64,000 nt of DNA from an uncultured Clostridium sp. (GCA_964571095.1 CAZNAC010000003.1:11840-75839), one strand, 5' to 3'; positions 18,656 through 28,571 are shown, numbered from the stretch's first letter. Notes: a model not told the origin generated them from the sequence alone. Numbers and translations: made by a program.

Positions 18656-20560
18656 ATGAAAAGATTTATCAGCGTTTTTATGTGTATCGTATTGCTCGTT
18701 TCCGGCTGTGGGATTTTTGCTTCCGCAAAGCAAAAAGAACAAACACCTGTTATTCTTGTTCCCGGATTTCTTCAGTCGTATATGTATATAGAGGGCGAAA
18801 ACGGTGCAGAAGATGATTATCTTTGGCTTATGAAAAGAGAAAAGTTATTTGACAGAATAATCGATGATATGCCTAACTTTCTATATTCGATTTTCAGGCT
18901 GTTTTTCGGTGATGTTGAATACTTCGGTGAAACGCTCGGCGGCGGAGCCTATGCGATTGCCGAAAAAATGAGATGTAACCCCGACGGCTCCTCCATCTAT
19001 CCCGTTGTTCATTACAAAAACGATCCCGCCGAATCCAATGCCGCAAATCTTAAAAAGATTGTTGACAAAGAGGGAGAAAGAAAGAATTTTCTTTTTGAAG
19101 ATTTCGTTGATTATGCGGTATACAACGGTTACTCCTCTCTTGAAAATATCTTTATTTTTGAGTACGATTCAAGATTTGATTCAATAACTCTTGCCGAAGA
19201 ATTAAGGCAATTCATAAAAGATGTTAAGCAATATACCGGCTCCGATAAGGTTAATCTTTTCACAATAAGCTACGGAGGCTTAATTTCCGCAACCTACCTT
19301 TATTATTATATGAACGAAAAGGATATTGATAAAGCGGTTCTTAATGTTCCTCCTCTTGAGGGAACAGACTTCCCCGACAGACTTTTCAGACAAAACGTTG
19401 ACCTTCCTCTTTCCACGCTTGTTGACTTTGTTGAAAGCGTTCTCGGAACGGGCAGTGAGCTTGCCGAATTTTTTGAATCAAGCGATGGAGATTTTCTTAA
19501 CGAAACAATGAACGGTGCAAGCGGAGGTATGCTTGATGTTGTCCGCAACTGGAGCTCAATTTACACCCTCACCTCTCCCGAAATTTACACCGGAATGAAA
19601 AAGGATTTCCTTGATCCTGTTGCAAGTGAAAAAATCATTAAAAATAACGACATTATTCATTACGAAATAATGCCATCAATGAAAAATACATTTAAAAAAT
19701 GTGCTGAAAAAGGAATTGATGTTTCTATCATTGCTTGTACGGGAAGCAAAATTTGCCTTGGCGGCGACCTTAACGGAGATATCCTTGTTCCCGCTTACAG
19801 TGCAACAGGAGCTACCGTAACAAAAGTCGGAGAGCGTTTTGCGGACGGATATACCGGAGTTAAAACATCTTGTTCAAATCCTAAGCACAACCACATTTCA
19901 CCGTCTATGGAGATTGACGCTTCGAGTGCGTTTCTTCCTGAAAAAACTTGGTTTATCGAGGATTCATATCACGCAATGTTTGAGCTTGAAGATTACGCGC
20001 TTTCGCTTTCCGCAAAGCTTGTTTTTACCGATGAGCTTAAAGATGTTCATTCAAACAAAGCATATCCTCAGTTTGAATATTCCGACAATCCCCATCAAGG
20101 TGTTCACGCAAAATTCAACAACAGCTTGAGCGGATATGTTTCATCTGCCGATACTGCCCTTACGGTAAGAAATGTTTATGACAGAAGTGCGATAAAAATC
20201 GTATCGGTTGCCGCAAACGGAATTGATATTGAATTTGATACTTCGGCTACGGGTATACTTCTTCCCGATAATAAAATCAATATTCCGTTCAGCGGAAATA
20301 TTCCCGAAGTAGGTGCAACGGCGGCTGAAATCACAGTTAACTATATTAAGGTCGGTACTTCAAGCGGACTTTGTTCAAAAACCTTTGAAATAATGATTAA
20401 CAACGGCCCAGCACCGAAGTATTCAAATAAAACTGTTGATAACAACAGAGAAACTATGCTTAAAGCCTTTTTAAAAGATGAAGTATTTGAATTTCTTAAA
20501 AGATTAACCTTGAGTGAAGAAATCGAATGCATCTTTGATACGATTGCATTAATGTTCTGA
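18656..20560 (+). CDS. Secreted or lipoprotein alpha/beta-hydrolase, lipase/LCAT-like
   Basis: Signal peptide with a possible lipobox (LVSGC). PVILVPGF oxyanion-type motif. Nucleophile-elbow-like FTISYGG. The C-terminal ~200 aa look beta-rich. Start ATG 18656 has AAGGGG upstream. Confidence 0.6.
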   Translation: MKRFISVFMCIVLLVSGCGIFASAKQKEQTPVILVPGFLQSYMYIEGENGAEDDYLWLMKREKLFDRIIDDMPNFLYSIFRLFFGDVEYFGETLGGGAYAIAEKMRCNPDGSSIYPVVHYKNDPAESNAANLKKIVDKEGERKNFLFEDFVDYAVYNGYSSLENIFIFEYDSRFDSITLAEELRQFIKDVKQYTGSDKVNLFTISYGGLISATYLYYYMNEKDIDKAVLNVPPLEGTDFPDRLFRQNVDLPLSTLVDFVESVLGTGSELAEFFESSDGDFLNETMNGASGGMLDVVRNWSSIYTLTSPEIYTGMKKDFLDPVASEKIIKNNDIIHYEIMPSMKNTFKKCAEKGIDVSIIACTGSKICLGGDLNGDILVPAYSATGATVTKVGERFADGYTGVKTSCSNPKHNHISPSMEIDASSAFLPEKTWFIEDSYHAMFELEDYALSLSAKLVFTDELKDVHSNKAYPQFEYSDNPHQGVHAKFNNSLSGYVSSADTALTVRNVYDRSAIKIVSVAANGIDIEFDTSATGILLPDNKINIPFSGNIPEVGATAAEITVNYIKVGTSSGLCSKTFEIMINNGPAPKYSNKTVDNNRETMLKAFLKDEVFEFLKRLTLSEEIECIFDTIALMF

Positions 20561-20823
20561 TTCTGCATTTCAGTTTTTTAATTTCGTTGAATCCGTAGAG
20601 CTTGCAGTTGAGTAGAAAGTATAAAATAAGGAAAAAACAACATTTTTCTATATTTTATAATTTGCCGAAAAGCTTTAATAATTATGCTGTATTTTTGCTG
20701 AAATTGAGCCGTATACGTTTACAACACAGAATAAATTTTGAAGCAAGCTCAAAAAACACTTTACACCGCCGAAAATTAGTGTTATTATATTAAAAAATAT
20801 GCTTTAGTAAGGAGAAATCAAAC

Positions 20824-22569
20824 ATGAAGAATTTCGGCAAAAAAATTGTCAGCATCATGCTTGCTTTCGCTCTCATTATCGGCGGCTCATCCGCTGCAAT
20901 GAGTGCTTCGGCAGCAGATCTCGGTCAAACATTCATCAATGCGGGCGTTTCGGTATTTCAAGCTTTGCTTTCAACGATTGTCGGCGGACTTAACTTTATA
21001 GTTCCGGATAGCAAAGAGTTTGTTAATGTTGCCGACCGCAACACCGAAAACTTTTATGAAGGAACCGGTAAAATTCTCGATAAGCCTGCCGATAATGCGG
21101 TATGGAGTCTCGGATACGCCAAAACTTCTCTTGTTCCCGACGATTGGCAGGAAAAAGATTATTATCTCGGCGGATTTATTGACTTAAACAACGGAATGTC
21201 AAATAATGTTGAGGAAATAATCGATGATATGCAGGCAAGAATAATTGCCGTTTCCGATGGTTCGGGAAGCGGTGTTGCTCTTTTTGCAAACATCGATTGC
21301 ATCGGTATTTCTAACGGTGATATCAAAGAAATTCGTAAGCTTGTTGCAAACAAGAATCTCGGAGTTACCATTAACAGCATCAACGTTTCATCAACGCACG
21401 TTCACAGTTGCATTGATACGCAGGGACTTTGGACAAACCTTTTCTCAAAGCTTTTCAAGAATTTGGCTCTTTCTTACCTTCCCTTTGTCGATAAGGAGCC
21501 GGGTGTTGATGCCGAATTTATGGAATTTCTTTATCAAAAGGTTGCAGATGCTATGGAGTCTGCCGTTAAAAATATGACCGAAGGCAAGATGACATATGCC
21601 GTTAAAAAAATCAACGAAGAATACTTTAACAACAAAAACAGAAAGTCATCCGACACAATTATCAATGACCTTTCGAGATTCGTTTTCACTCCTTTTGACA
21701 CAAACAAAAAAGCAACAATGATTGTTAACATTGCCGCTCACCCCGATGTTGCAGGTCTTCCCGTTAACGATGTTGACAATGGCAGAGACCTTTCCGGCGA
21801 CTATATTTATTATATGGGTGAAGAAATCGAAACCAAGGGCGGTTTTAACTTTATGTTCTTCAACGGACCTATTGCCGGCATTTACGAAGGCAGAGGTCTT
21901 GCACGTGACGGCGTTTCCATCGAAAGAAGATATCAGGAAACAGAACGTTACGGCAGAGAGATTGCTCAAATCGCTCTTAATCTCACAAATACCGAAGAAG
22001 AAATCAGTGCTAAAGCCGACTGGAATACCATTCACAAGGAAATGGAGGAAGGCGGAGAAAACTATACTCTTTGGTTTGAGGATTGGGAAGCCGTAACCGA
22101 GCGTGAGCTTGAGCCAAAGCTTAACATATTGATTAAAGAAGTTCAAATCAAAGTTACAAATCCCCTTATTCAGCTTGTCGGAAAGCTTAATCTTGTAAAT
22201 TATACAGTATGCAAGGATAAGCTTGATTACTATATTTTTGCCGAAATCGGTTATATGGAAATGGGCGATGTTGAAGTTGTCTTTATGCCCGGTGAAATAG
22301 TTCAGGATCTTGTTGCGGGCGGTACTTCGCTTACTGCCGAACGTTCATATTCAGGCAAGGACTTCGGATATGCGACGATTTACGAGCTTTTCGGAGATGA
22401 CACGGTTTGCTTCGGACTTATGAACGATGCTATCGGTTATGTTGTTCCCGATAATGACTATGCTATGGCACTCATTGATGACCATTATCAGGAAATGATT
22501 TCTCTTGGAAGATATGCCGCTTCGACAATTATGAAAGGCTTTGCCGAAATTGCCGCAGAGGTAAAATAA
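20824..22569 (+). CDS. Secreted hydrolase, neutral/alkaline ceramidase-like (tentative)
   Basis: Signal peptide (AAMSASAAD). The N-terminal layout LGYAKTSLVP...RIIAVSDG...ALFANIDCIG...SSTHVHSCID resembles the neutral ceramidase N-domain (GxAxxDITP...HTHSGP). This comparison is from memory only. Confidence 0.5.
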   Translation: MKNFGKKIVSIMLAFALIIGGSSAAMSASAADLGQTFINAGVSVFQALLSTIVGGLNFIVPDSKEFVNVADRNTENFYEGTGKILDKPADNAVWSLGYAKTSLVPDDWQEKDYYLGGFIDLNNGMSNNVEEIIDDMQARIIAVSDGSGSGVALFANIDCIGISNGDIKEIRKLVANKNLGVTINSINVSSTHVHSCIDTQGLWTNLFSKLFKNLALSYLPFVDKEPGVDAEFMEFLYQKVADAMESAVKNMTEGKMTYAVKKINEEYFNNKNRKSSDTIINDLSRFVFTPFDTNKKATMIVNIAAHPDVAGLPVNDVDNGRDLSGDYIYYMGEEIETKGGFNFMFFNGPIAGIYEGRGLARDGVSIERRYQETERYGREIAQIALNLTNTEEEISAKADWNTIHKEMEEGGENYTLWFEDWEAVTERELEPKLNILIKEVQIKVTNPLIQLVGKLNLVNYTVCKDKLDYYIFAEIGYMEMGDVEVVFMPGEIVQDLVAGGTSLTAERSYSGKDFGYATIYELFGDDTVCFGLMNDAIGYVVPDNDYAMALIDDHYQEMISLGRYAASTIMKGFAEIAAEVK

Positions 22570-22580
22570 AGCAACTCTTT

Positions 22581-22609
22581 CCCGACTGTCTTAAACGGTC
22601 GGGATTTTT
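22581..22609 (+). terminator. Rho-independent terminator
   Basis: Stem cccgac / gtcggg with a 11-nt loop, then ATTTTT. Confidence 0.6.
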
Positions 22610-22633
22610 CCTGTACGAAAGGACGTTTACATT

Positions 22634-23344
22634 TTGAAATCACCATTTATGAAGGGCATGTCTCACGGTCTGCCCATTGCACTCGGCTATTTTTCAGTTT
22701 CATTCGGATTCGGAATTATGGCGGTAAAATCAGGCATTTCCGCAATTAATTCAATTATTATTTCACTAACCAATATGACCTCTGCCGGTCAAGCAGCAGG
22801 AGTCGGTATCATTGCCGCAGGCGGAACATTTCTCGAAATGGCGGCTACCCAATTTGTTATCAATCTGAGATATTCTCTTATGGGACTTTCTTTATCCCAA
22901 AAGCTTGATAAATCGTTCAATACATTTCATCGAATGATTGCCTCCTTCGGCATTACCGATGAAATATTTGCCGTTGCCGCCTCGCAAAAAGAAAAGCTTG
23001 TCCCCTCTTATATGTACGGTATGATTCTAATTGCCTGCATCGGATGGACGGGAGGTACTGCCGCAGGAGCTTTTGCGGGTACCGCACTTCCCGCCGAAAT
23101 CACTGCCGCAATGGGAATAATGCTTTACGGAATGTTCATTGCGATTATTATACCGGCAGCAAGAAACAGCAGAAAGGATTTTGTTGTTATTATAATTGCG
23201 GCTGCTTTAAGCGTTTTTTTTAAATATTTACTCCCAGATTTATCATTCGGATTTGCTATTATTATCAGCTCCGTTGCGGCATCGGTTATCGGTGCCTTGC
23301 TCTTCCCGATAAATATTGCGGATAATGAGGAGGACGACCGATGA
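22634..23344 (+). CDS. azlC: AzlC family branched-chain amino acid exporter subunit
   Basis: Polytopic protein. Typical AzlC N-terminus GLPIALGYFSVSFGFGI. Paired with azlD by an ATGA overlap. Alternative start at ATG 22649. Confidence 0.85.
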   Translation: MKSPFMKGMSHGLPIALGYFSVSFGFGIMAVKSGISAINSIIISLTNMTSAGQAAGVGIIAAGGTFLEMAATQFVINLRYSLMGLSLSQKLDKSFNTFHRMIASFGITDEIFAVAASQKEKLVPSYMYGMILIACIGWTGGTAAGAFAGTALPAEITAAMGIMLYGMFIAIIIPAARNSRKDFVVIIIAAALSVFFKYLLPDLSFGFAIIISSVAASVIGALLFPINIADNEEDDR

Positions 23345-23640
23345 CGATAGTAATTTATATAGCTGTAATGGCAGGAATAACATATCTTATAAGAATGATT
23401 CCCTTTACGGTTTTCAAGAAGAAAATAAAATCAAAATTTCTTCAAAGCGTCCTCTACTATATTCCTTATGCAGTGTTAAGTGCAATGACCTTTCCATCGA
23501 TTTTCTATTCAACGGATAACACCGCAACAGCAGCCGTAGGAACCGTTGTTGCAATTATTCTTGCATATTTCAAATTACCTCTGACCGTTGTTGCCATAGG
23601 TGCCTGTGTTTCAGCACTTATAACCGGATTTATATTTTAA
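23341..23640 (+). CDS. azlD: AzlD family branched-chain amino acid transport protein
   Basis: 99-aa hydrophobic protein immediately downstream of azlC and overlapping it. Confidence 0.8.
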   Translation: MTIVIYIAVMAGITYLIRMIPFTVFKKKIKSKFLQSVLYYIPYAVLSAMTFPSIFYSTDNTATAAVGTVVAIILAYFKLPLTVVAIGACVSALITGFIF

Positions 23641-23641
23641 C

Positions 23642-23686
23642 AAAAACCGACCTATCGTGGTATCAAACACTCGATAGGTCGGTTTT
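23642..23686. terminator. Bidirectional terminator between the convergent azlD and SDR genes
   Basis: 11-bp stem ccgacctatcg / cgataggtcgg, flanked by AAAAA and TTTT. Confidence 0.75.
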
Positions 23687-23699
23687 AAAATTTGAGGAA

Positions 23700-24689
23700 T
23701 TATTTATCGTTCGTTCTGAGCCAATGTATAGTGTCTCTTAACGAATCGGCAAGTGGACGAGGCGAATAACCAAGCTCCTTTTCTGCTTTTGCATATGTAA
23801 AATTGCAATTTTCGCAAAGCTTACGAATTGCATATTCGTTAACAACGGGAGGTATCTTTGCAGCATTAGATATTTTTTCAAAAAGCGGAATGATTTTGTC
23901 TATGTATTTTTTCTTCAAAACAACTTTGGGATGTTTTTTTCCGCAAACATCTGCCATTGTGCACATAAACTCATCAAGAGTATATGCTTTTCCGCAAAGC
24001 AAATAGCATTCACCGTTGCCGCCCTTTTCCGCCGCAAGAACCATTCCCTTTGCAACGTCACGAACATCAACAAAATTGTATCCCCCGAAATCAAATGTAA
24101 GCGAGAAAAATCCTTTGGAATAAAGATTAATTGCCGTGATTGTGCTTGATGTTCTGTTATTATCATAAGGGCCGATACAGGCACTCGGATGAACAACACA
24201 AACTTTAAGATTATCATCGGCACTGTCAAGAACGTATCTTGTTGCACAGGCTTTGGATTTTGCGTATGCACCCTCAAGCAAGTCGGGATTAAATTCATCG
24301 GTTTCCGTAATGACCTCCATGCTATCATCAACCTTGATTGCATCAACCGATGAAACATAAATAAGATTCTTTACGCCGCATTTTTTACACGCCGCAACAA
24401 CATTTTTTGTTCCCTCGAAATTCACCGCCCAAACCTGCTTATCTTTTGTTCCGGTAATATCAACCACACCGGCAATATGGTAAACGGTCTCGGCACCCTC
24501 AAATGCTTTTTCGAGAATTTCAAGGTCGCAAACATCACCCATAACCTTCTCACACTCGATATCGTCAAACACATCACTGTCAGAACGAAGCAAAAGACGA
24601 ATTTTTTCTCCTCTGTCCGCAAGCTCCTTTACCAATGCGAAGCCAACGTGACCTTTACCGCCCGTTACAACATTTAATGCTTTACTCAT
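23700..24689 (-). CDS. NAD(P)-dependent epimerase/dehydratase family oxidoreductase (extended SDR, dihydroflavonol/cinnamoyl-CoA reductase-like)
   Basis: VTGGKGHVGFALV Rossmann motif and catalytic YAKSK. Start set at ATG 24689 (MSKALNVVTGG). The ORF track starts 8 codons earlier. Confidence 0.8.
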   Translation of the reverse strand: MSKALNVVTGGKGHVGFALVKELADRGEKIRLLLRSDSDVFDDIECEKVMGDVCDLEILEKAFEGAETVYHIAGVVDITGTKDKQVWAVNFEGTKNVVAACKKCGVKNLIYVSSVDAIKVDDSMEVITETDEFNPDLLEGAYAKSKACATRYVLDSADDNLKVCVVHPSACIGPYDNNRTSSTITAINLYSKGFFSLTFDFGGYNFVDVRDVAKGMVLAAEKGGNGECYLLCGKAYTLDEFMCTMADVCGKKHPKVVLKKKYIDKIIPLFEKISNAAKIPPVVNEYAIRKLCENCNFTYAKAEKELGYSPRPLADSLRDTIHWLRTNDK

Positions 24690-24847
24690 AAATACACCCC
24701 ATTTCCATATCATTATTACTTAATGTCATTATATACCAAACTTCAAAAACATATCAACCGATTATGCAACGTTTTTTTAAATAAATCATCTTAATTGTCT
24801 GATTTTTGACTTATTTTTTATTCCGAGGAATCATAATAAAATAAATG

Positions 24848-24876
24848 TTGACAATTTAATTTTTTTAATGTAAGAT
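24848..24876 (+). promoter_or_regulatory. Sigma-A-type promoter of the proS T-box leader
   Basis: TTGACA (24848-24853), 17-nt spacer, TAAGAT (24871-24876). Confidence 0.65.
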
Positions 24877-24879
24877 ATA

Positions 24880-25125
24880 CTATGATATTCAAAAGGCAAG
24901 GAAAAGAAGCAGTATTCAATCGGTATTTTCAGAGAGAGAGCGGTCGGTGAAAGCTCTTATTATTCGATTGTTGAACCCATCTTGGAGCCGCATACCGAAA
25001 TTTCAGTAAGCTATGCCGGAAATCCACCGTTATCGGATAATGAGAGCGGATTTTTATCCGAACTCGGGTGGTACCGCAGACTGTATTTGTTTGTCCCGAG
25101 CCTAACGGCTTCGGGATTTTTTTAT
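24880..25125 (+). promoter_or_regulatory. T-box riboswitch leader (proline specifier) controlling proS
   Basis: Stem I elements AGAGAGAG...GGTGAAAGC are present. The specifier-loop candidate GAA-CCC-A (CCC 24976-24978 or CCA 24977-24979) gives a Pro codon either way. The conserved T-box AACTCGGGTGGTACCGCA is at 25061-25078. The terminator tcccgagcc-taac-ggcttcggga plus T7 is at 25094-25123. Confidence 0.88.
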
Positions 25126-25140
25126 TGGAGGTTAAAATAT

Positions 25141-26856
25141 ATGAAAATTGACAAACTTTGTGGAGAACGTTTTAAGGAGAAGCCCTCTGATTGCGTTATT
25201 GACAGCCATGCGCTTATGCTCAGAGGCGGATATATGAAGGGCGTTGCAAACGGTATTTATTCTTCGTTTATGCCCTTGAGAAGAATTACAAGAAAAATCG
25301 AAAACATTATCCGAGAGGAAATGGATGCGATTGACGGTCAGGAGGTTCAATTTCCCGTTGTTATGCCCGCCTCGCTTTGGGCTGAATCCGGAAGATATGA
25401 CAGCATCGGCAGTGAGCTTATGCGTTTTAAAGACAGAAACGATGCTCCGATGGTTCTCGGTATGACTCACGAAGAAGCAGCCGTTCAGCTTGTCAGAGAA
25501 TATGCAAACAGCTACACCAAATACCCCTTTATGATCTATCAGATTCAAACAAAGTTTCGTGACGAGGCAAGACCGAGAGGCGGTCTTATCAGAGTTCGTG
25601 AATTTACAATGAAAGACGCCTATTCTTTCCACACTTCTCAAGAAGATCTTGAAAGATACTATGATATCTGCTACAAGGCATATGAAAGAATCTTTGCAAG
25701 AGCCGGAATACCCGAGGTTATTACGGTTGCATCCGATTCCGGTATGATGGGCGGAAGTATATCACACGAATATATGCTCCTCTCCCCCATTGGCGAGGAT
25801 TCTATTGCCGTTTGCTCCGAATGCGATTACAGAGCAAATATGGAAGCTGCCGAAAGCATTATAGAAAACAAAATCGAGGGCACATCAAACGAGCTTGAGC
25901 TTGTTTACACGCCCGATATACATACAATTGAGGATATTTGCGAATTTCTCAAAACTCCTCTTGAAGAATCCTGCAAAGCTGTTGTTTATCAGAAAAATAT
26001 GACAGATGAATATGTTGTCGTTTTTGTCAGGGGTGACCTTGATGTTAACGAAACAAAGCTCACAAACTATCTCTGTGAAAACGTTCATCCTGCCGTTATT
26101 ACCGATGATTGCGGTCTTTTCGCAGGCTTTATCGGTCCCTATAATCTCGACACTGAAAAATTCACTGTACTTTTTGATAAATCTCTTGAAAACACCCATA
26201 ATCTTTCTTGCGGTGCAAATCAGCTCAATTATCACTATAAAGGTCTTAAAATCAGCAGAGATATCGGCGATGTTGAATACATTGACCTTGCAAAAATCAA
26301 GGAGGGCGGAATCTGTCCCAAATGCGGAAAGCATTCTATCGGAATTTCAAGAGGTATTGAAGTCGGCAATATCTTTCAGCTCGGCACAAAATACACAAAA
26401 TCAATGGGTATGCAATATATTGACAGTGAAGGAAACCTTCACTACCCAATTATGGGTTGCTACGGTATCGGCGTTGGTAGACTTGCGGCATCGGTTTGTG
26501 AAGCACATCACGATGAATACGGCCCGATATGGCCTATGTCAATCGCACCTTGGCACGTTCAGCTTTGCTGTTTAAGAGCGGATGATGAGGAATGCAAAAA
26601 CGTTTCCGATGAGCTTTACGGCAAAATGCTCGACGATAAGATGGAAGTTATTTATGATGACAGAAACATACGCCCCGGTGCAATGTTTTCAGATGCCGAT
26701 CTTCTCGGTGTTCCGGTCAGAGTCATCGTCAGTCCGAGAAACCTCAAGGAGGGCGTTTGCGAAATAGTTACAAGAGATAAAGAAATCAGCATAAAAGTTG
26801 AAGTGGATAAGGTTATCGATACCGTCAAAAACGTTATCAGCGAAAGACTTAAATAA
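25141..26856 (+). CDS. proS: Proline--tRNA ligase (class II, bacterial type with editing-domain insertion)
   Basis: Class II motifs (FRDEARPRGGLIRVREF, GCYGIGVGR). Start ATG 25141 has GGAGG upstream. The ORF-track extension back to 24982 runs through the T-box leader and is rejected. Confidence 0.93.
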   Translation: MKIDKLCGERFKEKPSDCVIDSHALMLRGGYMKGVANGIYSSFMPLRRITRKIENIIREEMDAIDGQEVQFPVVMPASLWAESGRYDSIGSELMRFKDRNDAPMVLGMTHEEAAVQLVREYANSYTKYPFMIYQIQTKFRDEARPRGGLIRVREFTMKDAYSFHTSQEDLERYYDICYKAYERIFARAGIPEVITVASDSGMMGGSISHEYMLLSPIGEDSIAVCSECDYRANMEAAESIIENKIEGTSNELELVYTPDIHTIEDICEFLKTPLEESCKAVVYQKNMTDEYVVVFVRGDLDVNETKLTNYLCENVHPAVITDDCGLFAGFIGPYNLDTEKFTVLFDKSLENTHNLSCGANQLNYHYKGLKISRDIGDVEYIDLAKIKEGGICPKCGKHSIGISRGIEVGNIFQLGTKYTKSMGMQYIDSEGNLHYPIMGCYGIGVGRLAASVCEAHHDEYGPIWPMSIAPWHVQLCCLRADDEECKNVSDELYGKMLDDKMEVIYDDRNIRPGAMFSDADLLGVPVRVIVSPRNLKEGVCEIVTRDKEISIKVEVDKVIDTVKNVISERLK

Positions 26857-26940
26857 AATTATTAAACAGATATTTTCCCAAAAATCTTACAAAATAATAT
26901 GGAAATATTTAATTTCCGATATCAGAATATAACATTTGAT

Positions 26941-26978
26941 AAAGCTTGTGTGAATTGAATTTTTCACACAAGCTTTTT
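26941..26978 (+). terminator. Rho-independent terminator after proS
   Basis: 14-bp perfect stem aaagcttgtgtgaa / ttcacacaagcttt followed by T-rich sequence. A second A/T-only hairpin follows at about 26968-27005. Confidence 0.75.
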
Positions 26979-27170
26979 ACATTTTTTACGGCGAAAAAAA
27001 TGTAAAAAAAGTGCTATTTGTTTTGGTCATTTTTAATTAAAGAATGTAATATTTTGTTATAAAACTGTAACCATTTTTCTATTGATTTATTTTGTTGCAT
27101 ATTGTAGAATATACGATAAAGAATAAGAGGGAAAATTATCTAAGCAGCACCGAAGGAGTAACAGCAAATA

Positions 27171-28055
27171 ATGAGCAGCAAGAAAAATAATAAGACAATT
27201 TTTGCGGGACTTTTTTTATTAATCGTTATTGTTTGTTTTGCCGGTTTTAAGCTTTTAAAACCAAATAACGGAAACGAAATTACGCAAGCATCAAGTGCCG
27301 GCTCAAGCATTATAAATTATACGTCGAATGTTATAACATCAACCAAAAAAATAACTCAAATTATAACAGAATCCGCAACAAGCAAGCCGTCAACTACCGC
27401 TCCCGTTTCCAAAACGACAAAAAAGCATACTGCTTTTGCATCGAAAACAACCGAAAAGGCTGTTGAAACATACACTCGACAGTCTACTGAAGGTGTATAT
27501 GACTACAGTTGCTTCGATAACTGTGCGTTTTTGGGCAATTCAAGAGTACTTGCTCTCAAGACATACAGCCTTGTCAAAAATGTTTACGGAGCAGTCGGTT
27601 TAACTGTTGACACGGTATTCACCAAATCCGCACCCGGAAGCAGCGTGCCGGTTATCGATGAGCTTAACGGAAAACATTTTGATAAAATCTTTGTTCTTTT
27701 CGGCGATAATGAATGTGGTTGGCCAAACACGGAAGTTTTTATCGAAAGATATGTCAAGGTTGTTAATGCGGTGAAAGAACGAGTACCGGAAGCGGAGATT
27801 TATATTCAGTCAATTCTTCCCGTCAGCAAGCACGAGGACGACACTTCAAAATACGGTTGCAGCAACCAAAGAATCAATGAGCTGAACGTTAAAATAAAAG
27901 AAATGGCTATAAGAGAAAATGTTAAATACATCAATCCCGCCGAAGCTCTTAAAGATTCATATGGCAGACTTCCCGATGATGCGGCAAGCGACGGCGTACA
28001 TCTTAACAAAAAATCCTGCATAATCTGGTTGAATTATTTAGTAGAAAACGCATAA
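27171..28055 (+). CDS. Membrane-anchored SGNH/GDSL-like hydrolase
   Basis: N-terminal TM, Ser/Thr/Lys-rich linker, SGNH blocks FLGNSR (block I Ser), FGDNE (block III) and DGVHLN (block V DxxH). Confidence 0.7.
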   Translation: MSSKKNNKTIFAGLFLLIVIVCFAGFKLLKPNNGNEITQASSAGSSIINYTSNVITSTKKITQIITESATSKPSTTAPVSKTTKKHTAFASKTTEKAVETYTRQSTEGVYDYSCFDNCAFLGNSRVLALKTYSLVKNVYGAVGLTVDTVFTKSAPGSSVPVIDELNGKHFDKIFVLFGDNECGWPNTEVFIERYVKVVNAVKERVPEAEIYIQSILPVSKHEDDTSKYGCSNQRINELNVKIKEMAIRENVKYINPAEALKDSYGRLPDDAASDGVHLNKKSCIIWLNYLVENA

Positions 28056-28088
28056 TATAGTATGAATATATTTTTGAGGAAACTAAAA

Positions 28089-28553
28089 ATGAAAAAAACA
28101 TCTATTATCTTACTGATTACGCTTTTTATCTCTGTTTTACTTTTCGGCTGCAACAACAATAGCAACAATAATTTTGATGTTAATGCGGCAGCCGATACTC
28201 TGAATGAAAATCTGACCTTCGGCGAACCTCTCGAAAAAAGCTCCGCCGAAGCACTTTACTCACTTTTCGGAATTGATTCGTCTCTCTGTACCGATGCGGC
28301 ATTTTACGCCGGAAGCGGTGCAACCGCAGATGAAATTGCGGTTATAAGCTGTGTTGACAGCAATGCCGCCAATACTGTTCTTGATGCAGTCAATTCACAT
28401 TTAAAATATCTTGAAGACGGATACAGCAGCTACGGTCCGGATCAGGTTCCCAAAATCCAATCTGCTGCCGTTATAACTTTGGGTAACTCGATTGTTATGT
28501 GTATATGCGAAAATCCCGATGCCGTCAAAGACTTATTGATTTCAAACGAATAA
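28089..28553 (+). CDS. DUF4358-like lipoprotein
   Basis: Lipobox LLFGC. Its size and position between the SGNH and MBOAT genes match clostridial DUF4358 proteins. Start ATG 28089 has GAGGA upstream. The ORF track starts at 28062. Confidence 0.6.
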   Translation: MKKTSIILLITLFISVLLFGCNNNSNNNFDVNAAADTLNENLTFGEPLEKSSAEALYSLFGIDSSLCTDAAFYAGSGATADEIAVISCVDSNAANTVLDAVNSHLKYLEDGYSSYGPDQVPKIQSAAVITLGNSIVMCICENPDAVKDLLISNE

Positions 28554-28571
28554 TTTTATCGGAGAATAATT

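Noticed and set aside
20602-20793. A 63-aa ORF in the lipase/ceramidase-like intergenic region.
   Set aside because: It has no RBS. Its sequence is basic and low-complexity (RKYKIRKKQ...). It overlaps the likely promoter of the downstream gene (TTTACA, 17-nt spacer, TATTAT at about 20759-20787).
24982-25140. An upstream in-frame extension of proS (MEPHTEISVSYAG...).
   Set aside because: It covers the T-box leader, including the T-box motif and its terminator. The real start at ATG 25141 has GGAGG upstream.
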